Positions 11,002 to 30,325 of a stretch of DNA of 64,000 nt are shown one piece after another. The first letter of the stretch is position 1. Each line of letters starts with the position of its first letter. The notes beneath the pieces are model-generated. The model saw nothing but the letters and a program-made list of their open reading frames with translations, made no database searches and was not told where the DNA came from. A program made the position numbers and the translations under genes. The stretch is taken from positions 198,404 to 262,403 of the forward strand of contig CAVRWD010000003.1 in NCBI GenBank assembly GCA_963724905.1, in the 5' to 3' direction. Source of the stretch: an uncultured Solirubrobacterales bacterium. GTDB lineage: Bacteria > Actinomycetota > Thermoleophilia > Solirubrobacterales > 70-9.

Positions 11002-11321
11002 CAGAGGCGGATCTCGATGTCGACCCCGGCCGGGAGCGCGTCGAGGCGCTGCAGCGAGTCGACGGTCTTCGGGGTCGGCTGGAGGATGTCGATCAGCCGC
11101 TTGTGGGTGCGGATCTCGAAGTGCTCGCGCGAGTCCTTGTCCTTGAACGGCGAGCGGATCACGACGTAGACGTTCTTCTCGGTCGGCAGCGGGATCGGGC
11201 CCGACACCGTGGCGCCGGTGCGCTCCGCCGTCTCGACGATCTCGCGGGCAGCCCGGTCTATGGCGTCGTGGTCGTACGCCTTGAGCCTGATGCGGATTTT
11301 CTGTGCTGCTACGGCTGACAC
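11001..11321 (-). CDS. rpsJ: 30S ribosomal protein S10
   Basis: GTG 11321 is the only in-frame start near the conserved N-terminus ..[33 protein letters not shown]... The protein is 106 aa. Its stop overlaps the rplC ATG. Confidence 0.9.
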   Translation of the reverse strand: MSAVAAQKIRIRLKAYDHDAIDRAAREIVETAERTGATVSGPIPLPTEKNVYVVIRSPFKDKDSREHFEIRTHKRLIDILQPTPKTVDSLQRLDALPAGVDIEIRL

Positions 11322-11355
11322 GGTGGGTTTTCTCTCTGGTCCTTCTCGCGCGGAA

Positions 11356-11392
11356 GGGGCGCCGCCCCTACTTCTCGGTGGGGCGCCGCCCC
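11356..11392. repeat. two exact copies of the 13-mer GGGGCGCCGCCCC, 24 nt apart, in the tuf-rpsJ spacer (S10 operon leader)
   Basis: Copies at 11356-11368 and 11380-11392. Each is nearly self-complementary (GGGGC..GCCCC). Confidence 0.7.
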
Positions 11393-11433
11393 GGTCGTAT
11401 GTCCTTACAGTTTTTTGCTCGCCGCCCGAGCGG

Positions 11434-11460
11434 CGAAAGGGCGGGCTTACGGCCCGCCCT
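11434..11460 (-). terminator. GC-rich hairpin immediately after tuf (candidate terminator)
   Basis: On the minus strand: AGGGCGGGC-CGTAA-GCCCGCCCT followed by TTT, starting 6 nt after the tuf stop. A second hairpin CGCCGC-TCGG-GCGGCG follows. Confidence 0.5.
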
Positions 11461-11466
11461 CCGTGG

Positions 11467-12651
<1,185 letters not shown>

Positions 12652-12724
12652 CTCTCTCCTTTGGGCTAGGTCGTTGGGCTGAAAAGCGTTCTGGTCCGCC
12701 TGACGGCGAACCATGGGAATATAG

Positions 12725-14841
<2,117 letters not shown>

Positions 14842-14915
14842 AGGTGCGTAAAGTCTGGGGTCAGTTGGGGCAGGGCGTGGAGATATTGCTCGATAAACAG
14901 GCGCCTTCGGCGCAC

Positions 14916-14935
14916 AAAAAAGGCCCTCGCGGGCC
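14916..14935 (-). terminator. intrinsic-terminator-like hairpin plus U-tract about 75 nt upstream of the fusA start
   Basis: Minus strand GGCCC-GCGA-GGGCC followed by TTTTTT (plus-strand A-run 14916-14921). A second hairpin GCGCC-GAA-GGCGC lies at 14901-14913. Confidence 0.5.
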
Positions 14936-15427
14936 CGGTGCAGCTTGGGGCATGCCTGAGCGACGCCTCAGCGAGCCGGGCAATGATAGCAGGGGTATGA
15001 GCCTCTTCAGGCGTCGAAAAAAGGCCTCCTCGCGTGCCCAGACTAGGCGTCAGGAGCTGGTCGAACGGGAGCGCCGCGAGTATGGGCGCGAGCGCGCGCT
15101 CCTCGCCCGGGCGGGGGCCTCGTCCAGCTGCCGAGACACACGCGGCCATCGGCTGACGGCCTCGCGGCCGTCCGCCGCGCTCGTCGCGGCCGGCGCCGCA
15201 GGCCCGCGCGTGGGCAGCGGGGGGCCCGCCTGGCCGGGCTTCGGGACGCCTCGGCGAGTGGCGCCCGCGCCACTGCACGCCGAACCGGGCCGGGAGCACA
15301 GCGCCTGCTCGGCAGCATCGGCCGCGGCCTCGGCTCGGTCCTCGCGATCGTCTTTCGCCTCGCCGACCTGGTCGAACGGGCGCTGCTGCGGACCTTCGAC
15401 GCGATCGTCGACACGGTCGAGAGGACG

Positions 15428-15985
15428 TTGGAGCTGGGCGAGCGCTGGCTGACGCCGGAGCGGGCGCTGGTGGCGGTGATCGTCGGCGCCGCCGTCTGCC
15501 TCGGCGCCTCTCAGTTCGTCGCCTATCGCGGGGTCGAGGTGGGCCAGCCGCAGTACGTCGACGTGAGCAGCGTCGCCCCGGCGCCACAGACCGACCGAGT
15601 CGACGCCGGAGCTGCGCATGCCTACGTGCTGCTGCCACTGGCGCTGATTGCGGTTGCGATTGCCGTCGTCGCGCTGACGACGAGGCGCTGGCGCCTGGCC
15701 CGGCTGGTCTCGGTGATCGGGCTGGTCGGGATCGCGGTCAGCCTCGCGATCGACCTCCCGAAGGGACTTGACGCCGGGGACGCCAACACAGCCTTCGAGG
15801 GCGCCAACGCGACCCTGACCGAGGGCTTCTACGCACAGCTCGCGGCCTCCGCCGCGATGGTGCTATGCGGGTGGGTGCTGTCGATCAACCTGCGACGAGG
15901 AGCCGGTGTGGCGCATCAGCGCCGGGCTTCCAGCCGCAGGGCGCCCCCGCGCCAGGCACCGTCGGTGGCCGGAGGCGAAGCGTGA
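15428..15985 (+). CDS. 4-TM membrane protein of unknown function (paralog A)
   Basis: 185-aa ORF with four hydrophobic helices and an IDLPKG motif. High-GC3 coding signal continues upstream to about 15300 with no start codon. A possible true start is ATG 14997 (AGGGG SD; MSLFRRRKKASSRAQTRRQELVERERREYGRERALL...), which would need a frame change. Confidence 0.6.
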   Translation: MELGERWLTPERALVAVIVGAAVCLGASQFVAYRGVEVGQPQYVDVSSVAPAPQTDRVDAGAAHAYVLLPLALIAVAIAVVALTTRRWRLARLVSVIGLVGIAVSLAIDLPKGLDAGDANTAFEGANATLTEGFYAQLAASAAMVLCGWVLSINLRRGAGVAHQRRASSRRAPPRQAPSVAGGEA

Positions 15986-16551
15986 GCAGGTTCCGGATCG
16001 AGCTTCTGCTTCCTCTGGCCTGCGCCGGAGGCTGCGCGCTGCTGGCGGCGTCGGAGTTCATGGACACCTTTGAGCTCAACGGCCCCGGGCCCTCCCCGCA
16101 GATCGTCCAGACGGCCGCGGACCAGCACTACTACTCGCTCCTGGTGCTGGCGGGCTTTGCACTCTTGGCGCTCGTCGCCGCCGTGCTCACCGGCTCCAAG
16201 CCCGCCGCCACCGCGGTGGCCGTCTGCGGGGCCGGGGCGCTGCTGATCTTCCTGCTCATCGACCTCCCCGACGCCGGCAAGGTAGGAACGATCGAGGGCT
16301 TCACCCAAGCCAAAGCGGAGCCGGTGACCGGATTCTGGGTCCAGCTCACCGGTGCCCTGGTGCTGGCCATATGCGGCGGCGCGCTGGCGACCCTCGATCC
16401 CGAGCAGTTGCGCGCCTTCGGGCGCCCGGCCGAGGAACGCCGGACGTCGGCGAGCCATCCGGCGGCGGGGTCGGCTACGTCAAACGCGGGCGAGGACCGA
16501 GAAACTGAAGAGGGCACCGAACGGGCGCGAACGCGAACCGGCGGGCCCTAG
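15982..16551 (+). CDS. 4-TM membrane protein of unknown function (paralog B)
   Basis: GTG 15982 overlaps the stop of paralog A (GTGA). VSRFRIELLLPLACAGGCALLAASEF...LLIDLPDAG...GFWVQLTGALVLAICGG has the same helix/loop layout as paralog A. Confidence 0.65.
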   Translation: MSRFRIELLLPLACAGGCALLAASEFMDTFELNGPGPSPQIVQTAADQHYYSLLVLAGFALLALVAAVLTGSKPAATAVAVCGAGALLIFLLIDLPDAGKVGTIEGFTQAKAEPVTGFWVQLTGALVLAICGGALATLDPEQLRAFGRPAEERRTSASHPAAGSATSNAGEDRETEEGTERARTRTGGP

Positions 16552-16595
16552 CCCATCCCGAACGGCCTCGAAAACCGAGGAGATCGGCGGATGCA

Positions 16596-16649
16596 GGTCT
16601 CGCGGCGACGCGAGCGCACTGAAATCGTGCGTGAGCTAGACGCGAGACC
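16596..16649. terminator. compound stem-loop in the convergent spacer between paralog B and rpsG (possible U-tract-less terminator)
   Basis: GGTCTCGCG (16596-16604) pairs with CGCGAGACC (16641-16649). These enclose the inner hairpin CGCAC-TGAAATC-GTGCG. Confidence 0.3.
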
Positions 16650-16685
16650 GAAGACGCCGATATCCGACGGTTTGCAGAGGCCGAG

Positions 16686-17155
<470 letters not shown>

Positions 17156-17156
<1 letters not shown>

Positions 17157-17551
17157 CAGCGAGACTTGACCCCGTACTGCGAGCGCGACTGCCGGCGGTC
17201 GGAGACGCCGGAGGCGTCGAGCGTGCCGCGAACGACCTTGTAGCGAACGCCCGGAAGGTCCTTGACGCGGCCGCCGCGCACGAGGACCACCGAGTGCTCC
17301 TGCAGGTTGTGTCCCTCGCCGGGGATGTAGCAGGTGACTTCCATGCCGTTGGTGAGCCGCACGCGGGCGACCTTGCGCAGAGCCGAGTTCGGCTTCTTGG
17401 GCGTGGTCGTGTAGACGCGCGTGCAGACGCCGCGTCGCTGGGGGGCGGCGATGCGCTTCTTGCGCCCCTGGCCGGACTTCAGGCCCGGCGTCGCGACCTT
17501 CTTCTTCGGGCTCCTGCGGCCCTTGCGTACAAGCTGATTGGTATTCGGCAC
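17156..17551 (-). CDS. rpsL: 30S ribosomal protein S12
   Basis: 131-aa ORF (GTG start) containing ...[67 protein letters not shown]... Confidence 0.96.
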
Positions 17552-17614
17552 GGGCGGAGATGGTACAGAGGGCCCGCGTTTTCACCGTCTGCCCCCTCGC
17601 CTTAAGCTCACCCG

Positions 17615-18118
17615 GTGTCCGCCAAGCCAATGCTCGCCGTCGACGTCGACGGGGTGATCAGCCTCTTCGGCTTCGATGAGCCGCCGGACCGCAAGGTCGC
17701 CCGCTTCGAGCTGATCGACGGCATGGTGCACTGCATCTCGATCGGCGCCGGGGAGCGCCTGCAAAGGCTCGCCGAGCATTACGACCTCGTCTGGGCGACC
17801 GGCTGGGAGGATCGGGCAAACGACGCCCTCGGCCCGCTGATCGGGCTTCCCGAGCTCCCCTTCCTCACCTTCGACGGCGCCGCCCGCTTCGGCTCCGCGC
17901 ACTGGAAGCTGGGCCCGCTGGACAGCTACGCCGGCGACCGGGCGCTGGCCTGGATCGACGACTCCTTCGACGAGAGCTGCCTCGAGTGGGCGCAGGAGCG
18001 CAGCGCCCCCACCCTTCTCGTGCCCACCGAGTCGCCCTTCGGCCTCGAGGAGGCGCAGACCGAGGCGCTGCAGCGCTGGGCCCAGGAGCTGGCCGAGGGC
18101 GGCGGCGAGACCGGCTGA
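17615..18118 (+). CDS. HAD-superfamily hydrolase-like protein
   Basis: 167-aa ORF with the motif-I-like AVDVDGV and the later WIDDSFD. Divergent from rpsL. An alternative start is ATG 17630. Confidence 0.75.
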   Translation: MSAKPMLAVDVDGVISLFGFDEPPDRKVARFELIDGMVHCISIGAGERLQRLAEHYDLVWATGWEDRANDALGPLIGLPELPFLTFDGAARFGSAHWKLGPLDSYAGDRALAWIDDSFDESCLEWAQERSAPTLLVPTESPFGLEEAQTEALQRWAQELAEGGGETG

Positions 18119-18148
18119 GCGCCGCGGCGGGAAGCTAGACTCCTGGCG

Positions 18149-18475
18149 GTGGAGGGGTTCTGGCCAATCTTCTTCTTGCTGGTCGTGCTGAAGATCCCGG
18201 TGCTGGGAGCGATGTGGCTCGTCTGGTGGGCGAGCCGCGCCGAGCCGCTGCTCGACGAAGCGCCCGACGACGACGGTGGCTTTCGCTTCCGCCGCAGCGA
18301 TCCCAGCCGCCCCAAGGGGCCGCGCAGGGGCGGGCCGCACGGAGCTGGAGCGCGCGCGCTCCCTGATTGTCCGCCAGGCGGGCGCCCGCGCCCGGCCGGC
18401 CGGCCGGTGCCGCTGCGCCCCGGGGTCGCCCACGCACGGGGGCGCGGCGCCGCTCGCCTGCCCAGCGAGCACTGA
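18149..18475 (+). CDS. small hypothetical membrane protein
   Basis: 108-aa ORF with an N-terminal helix FWPIFFLLVVLKIPVLGAMWLVWWA and high GC3. The C-terminal half is Pro/Arg/Gly-rich and may be misframed. Confidence 0.4.
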   Translation: MEGFWPIFFLLVVLKIPVLGAMWLVWWASRAEPLLDEAPDDDGGFRFRRSDPSRPKGPRRGGPHGAGARALPDCPPGGRPRPAGRPVPLRPGVAHARGRGAARLPSEH

Positions 18476-18481
18476 GCAGCC

Positions 18482-19271
18482 CTAGGAGCTCCCTTCGATC
18501 AGGACCCGGGCGAGCAGCTGCGGGTCGTCGTGAAAGGGCACGTGGCCGCAGCCCGGCAGCGTGAGGTGTCGCGCCCATGGCAAACGGCGGCGGGCCTCCG
18601 CGCGCCTGGGTCCAGTAGGGGAGCAGGACGTCGCGCCGCCCCCAGGCGATCGTCAGCGGGATCTCGCGCAGGCGGCCGGGATCGCCGAAGGAGTAGTCGA
18701 GCCCGTGGGTGCAGGCGTCAAGAAAGCCTGGCGCCGATAGGCCGGCCTCGCGGGTCGCGAGCACCGCCTCGGCCGGCGCCTGGAAAGGGCGCCCGAACGA
18801 GTACACCGCCGTCCCGAGGCGCAGCAGCGCCAGGTCGAGCTTGGGCGGGATCGACTCCGGTCTGCGCAGCCCGGCCTTGTAGCCGGCCCGCAGCGCCCCC
18901 CTGCACCAGGCCTGCCCTGGGCGGCCCCAGAACCCGATCGGCGAGATCGCCGTCAGCGAGCCCACCGCCCCCCGCCGCCCGAGCTCGAGCCCGATTGCTC
19001 CGCCAAGCGAGTTTCCGGCCAGGTGCGGGCGCTCCAGCTCCTGCTCGGCGAAGAATCGCTCGATGCGATCGGCGAAGTCGGAGACGCTGAGCGCCGTGCC
19101 TGCCTCGTCGGGCGGCGACTCCCCGAAACCGGGCAGATCCACCGCGACAAGCTCCCGCTCTGCCGCAGCGAGCTCGATCACGGGATCGAACGCCCTGCGG
19201 CGGCTGCCCAGCCCGTGCAGCAGGACCAGCGGCTCGCCCGAGCCGCGGCGGTCGAAGGCGAGCTCCCCCAC
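18482..19271 (-). pseudogene. alpha/beta-fold hydrolase, one frame break as assembled
   Basis: GEPLVLLHGLGS..., nucleophile elbow GNSLGG, ...IAWGRRDVLLPYWTQA, then a break at about 18596-18602, then RAEARRRLPWARHLTLPGCGHVPFHDDPQLLARVLIEGSS* (TAG 18482-18484). Confidence 0.8.
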
Positions 19272-19310
19272 GCCGGTCAGGAGTGTGGCGCCGGCCAGCG
19301 CATCGGCTCG

Positions 19311-20702
19311 CTAGCTCGTCCCGAGGCGCAACTCGTGCGAGCGGTTGGCGAGCAGCCTGCCTAGCGGCCCGTTGCGGCGCGCACCGTTGCGGCGCTCGCG
19401 CTCCAGGGTGCGCAGGTAGGGATAGAAGTCGACCTGGATCGTGTGACGCTTCGATGCCACGTATCGCTTCGCCATCCTCCGGTCCTCGCGTGAGATCACC
19501 CGCCGCATCGTCGTCGGAGAGGGGAGCTCGCCCTTGCCCTGCATCAGGTCGGCGATCCACTCCGACTGCGCCTCGGCGATCGGCATGATCGCGCCGAGCG
19601 GCTGGATGAAGCCGATGAAGTAGAGCCCCGGATGCTGGACCGACACCACCCGGCGGTAGAGGGGAATCCTGTTGTCGGTCGCGCTCAGAAGCTGCGGGTC
19701 CAGGAACGGGAAGCTGATCTTGTAGCCAGTGCAGTACACGACGACGTCGATCTCCTCCTCTGAGCCGTCGACGAAGCGCACCGTGCGACCCCCGGGGTAG
19801 GAGCCGATGTTCGGCTTCACCTCGATGTCGCCGTGGCCGAGGCGCGGCAGCAGGTCGGAGGAGACAGTCGGATGGGCCTCGAGCAGCTTGTGGTCGGGCT
19901 GCGGCAGCCCATATTTGGTCATGTCCCCGGCCGCGACCTTGATCGAGCTCATGAAGAAGAAGCGCTGCACCGACAGCGGCAGCCTGGAGATGATCGGCGG
20001 CCCTGCCTCGTCGGTGGGGACGCCGCGCAGGTACTTGGGAATGACATACGCCCCCCTGCGCATCGCCAGGAAGGTCGCCTCGGCGTGGCGCGAGGACTCC
20101 ACCGCGATGTCGGTGGCGGAGTTGCCGATCCCCAGCACCAGCACCCGCTTGTCGCGAAGGGTGTCGGGCTCCTTGTAGTGATGGGCGTGGATCTGCTCGC
20201 CCGCGAAGTCATCGGAGCCGGGGAACGGGGGTTCGGGCCAGCGCGGGTCCCAGTGGTGGCCATTGGCGACCATGACCGCGCCGTAGCGGTTGGTCTCCTC
20301 CCCCCCGCGGTCGTCCTTCACCGTGACGTCCCACTCGCCGTCGCCGGCCGGCTGCACCTGCGTCACCTCGGTGCTGAAGCGAATCCGGTCGCGAAGACCG
20401 AAATGGTCGACGAAGTCGTCGAAGTAGGCGGCGATCTGCCAGTGGCTCGGATAATCGGGGTAATCGTCCGGCATCGGATATGTCGCGTAGGACATGAGGT
20501 CGCGCGAGGTGTTGATGTGCAGCGACCTGTAGGCGGACGACATGCCGTTGTCGTTGCGATAGCGCCAGTTGCCGCCGACCTCCGAGCCCTTCTCAAAGCA
20601 GTCGAACGGGATCCCCCGCGCCTCGAGGACTTGGCAGCTCGATATCCCCGACGAGCCGGCGCCGATCACGCAGACTCTCTGCCCTTCTCGTAGCGCGGCC
20701 AC
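19311..20702 (-). CDS. flavin-containing (class B) monooxygenase
   Basis: 463-aa ORF with the FAD motif GAGSSG, the FMO-identifying FAGEQIHAHHYK and the NADPH motif GIGNSA. Confidence 0.88.
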   Translation of the reverse strand: MAALREGQRVCVIGAGSSGISSCQVLEARGIPFDCFEKGSEVGGNWRYRNDNGMSSAYRSLHINTSRDLMSYATYPMPDDYPDYPSHWQIAAYFDDFVDHFGLRDRIRFSTEVTQVQPAGDGEWDVTVKDDRGGEETNRYGAVMVANGHHWDPRWPEPPFPGSDDFAGEQIHAHHYKEPDTLRDKRVLVLGIGNSATDIAVESSRHAEATFLAMRRGAYVIPKYLRGVPTDEAGPPIISRLPLSVQRFFFMSSIKVAAGDMTKYGLPQPDHKLLEAHPTVSSDLLPRLGHGDIEVKPNIGSYPGGRTVRFVDGSEEEIDVVVYCTGYKISFPFLDPQLLSATDNRIPLYRRVVSVQHPGLYFIGFIQPLGAIMPIAEAQSEWIADLMQGKGELPSPTTMRRVISREDRRMAKRYVASKRHTIQVDFYPYLRTLERERRNGARRNGPLGRLLANRSHELRLGTS

Positions 20703-20749
20703 GTGAGAAAGCTACCGGGCGGGGCGCCGGTTTGGCCAGCTGGCCAGGC

Positions 20750-22041
20750 CTAGTTCTGCTTCTTCAGCTTCGGGAGCTTCATCTTCACCTTGAAGGTCTT
20801 GTTGACGCCGTTGACCAGGTTCTCGGCCTTCAGCTGCACCTTCACCTTCTTGGTGCCCGCCTTCTGGGCTGCCTTGAGCGCCTTCTTGCCCTTCTTGGTG
20901 ATCTTGAGCTTGATCGTCTTGGTCGTCGCTGCCGGGATCGTGTACTGCTTCTTCTTCGTCAGCTTGACCTTGGTCTTGCTCTTGCCGCCCTTCTTGCCGT
21001 CGCCCTTCTTCGAGACGGTGGCCAGGTGGGAGACCCGCCCCAGCTGCCCGGTCTGGAAGTTGACGAAGGCGAGCATGAACGGCTGGCACGGGACCGGTGC
21101 GCCGCCCGGCAGGTTGCAGGTGATCTTGAACTTCGCGCAGTCGAAGCTCTTGCAGAGCACCACCTTCTCCTTTGGATCGATGCCGACAGTCCCCTCGAAT
21201 GCATCGAGGCCGAGCGAGCGACACTGAGCCGGCGGCTCGCTGGTGACCCGCAGGTTGTCGATGAACGCAGCGGAGTCGAAGTTGCCGTCCCCGATGTCGA
21301 AGACCGTGAAGATCACCGTGTGGGTTCCCGGCGTCACGTACTTGCGCGCGATCAGCGCGCCGGTGGCGCCGTCATAGGTCGTCCCCGCCGCGTTGGCCGC
21401 AGCTATCGCCGAGGGCCCGGACGCGTCGACCGAGATCCGGTCGCCGGTGCCGGCGGCGAAGTCGGTCAGCGAGGTGATCGACTGGCCGGAGACCGCCCAG
21501 GTGCGCTGGTCGAGCTCCGCGAGGAAAGTGTCGTTGAAGCCCGCCCCCACGTACTCCGGGAACTCCTCGGAGAGGAAGCGGAAGTCAAACCCACGCAGCG
21601 AGCCTGCTGGGTGGCCGTGATCGGCACCGAGAGAATCGTGTAGTCGCGGGCGCCGTTCAGCGCGCCGGTCCCGGTGACGCCATTGTTGGTGCCCGAGCTG
21701 GGAGAGCTGTTTGGGTCGTCGGCCAGCTGGGCGTTTCCGGTGGTCAGGATCGTGTAGTTGGGGCCGTTGGTCGGGAACCCGGCCAGGGGAGTGTCCGAGA
21801 ATCCGTTGGGAAGGATCCCGTTGCCTCCCGGGTAGTTCGGGGTGATCACCGAGCTGCCGCTCACCGGGTTCGGCGAGCCGGCCATCGCGCCCGCGAGGGC
21901 GCTGCCGTCGTTGCTGCCGGTTATCGCGGCTTCGGCACGCGCGCTGACCGCTGCCGATAGCAGCACACACGCCGCAGTTGCCAGAACCAGGGACCGCACG
22001 CGGCCCAACTTCGAGATCGCAAAACCGTCCGAACTTCCCAT
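20750..22041 (-). pseudogene. secreted choice-of-anchor-L-like protein with a Lys-rich C-terminal domain; one frame break as assembled
   Basis: ATG 22041 follows AAGGAGG. Signal peptide MGSSDGFAISKLGRVRSLVLATAACVLLSAAVSARA. The break is at about 21598-21606. The protein then continues SLRGFDFRFLSEEFPEYVGAGFNDTFLAELD...FIDNLRV... with tail KKGDGKKGGKSKTKVKLTKKK...KLPKLKKQN. Confidence 0.75.
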
Positions 22042-22181
22042 CCTGCCCTGCCTCCTTGCCGAGGTTGAAGGCGGAGGAGAGTAGGGGTTCCGAAAGCCCT
22101 GCACATCGGGAAAACTGGGGGCTTTGCGTCCGCCGGGCCGGCCGCTACCCGGTTGTTCGAGAAGCCCGGCCCCGGTTTTCG

Positions 22182-29797
<7,616 letters not shown>

Positions 29798-29877
29798 AGT
29801 GGGCGACTCCTCAGAGGATCAGAGGGACGGGTGTATGACGCGAAATGCGGGCAGCAGGGCACAACGGCGCGCGACCG

Positions 29878-29903
29878 TTAAAAATAACACACGGCGCGTG
29901 CGT
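29878..29903 (-). promoter_or_regulatory. weak hairpin plus U-rich tract in the rplL-rpoB spacer (candidate attenuator)
   Basis: Minus strand ACGCAC-GCGCC-GUGUGU followed by UAUUUUUAA. This is the most AT-rich spot in the otherwise GC-rich spacer. Confidence 0.3.
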
Positions 29904-29932
29904 AGTTCAAGCCTGCCGATGGAATCTACCGG

Positions 29933-30325
29933 TTACTTGAGCTCGACGGTGGCGCCGGCCTCCTCGAGATCGGCCTTCAGCTTCTCCGCCTCGTCGCGCT
30001 CGGCACCCTCCTTTACCGCCTTGGGGGCCTCGTCGACGAGCGCCTTGGCCTCCTTGAGGCCAAGGCCGGTTGCGGCGCGCACGACCTTGATCACCGGGAC
30101 CTTTTGGCCCCCGACCTCGGTGAGCACGACGTCGACCGTCGAGGACTCCTCCTCGCCCCCGTCGCCGTCTCCGCCTCCGGGAGCGCCGGCCGGAGCGGCG
30201 GCCGCGACAGCGGTCGCGGAAACTCCGAACTCTTCCTCCAGCGCCTTGATGCGCTCGGAGAGCTCGAGGACCGAGATGCCCTTCAGCTCCTCGATCCAAT
30301 CTTCTGTACTGGTCTTGGTTGCCAT
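29933..30325 (-). CDS. rplL: 50S ribosomal protein L7/L12
   Basis: 130-aa ORF containing ...[42 protein letters not shown]...[10 protein letters not shown]. The ATG directly follows the rplJ TAG. Confidence 0.97.
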   Translation of the reverse strand: MATKTSTEDWIEELKGISVLELSERIKALEEEFGVSATAVAAAAPAGAPGGGDGDGGEEESSTVDVVLTEVGGQKVPVIKVVRAATGLGLKEAKALVDEAPKAVKEGAERDEAEKLKADLEEAGATVELK

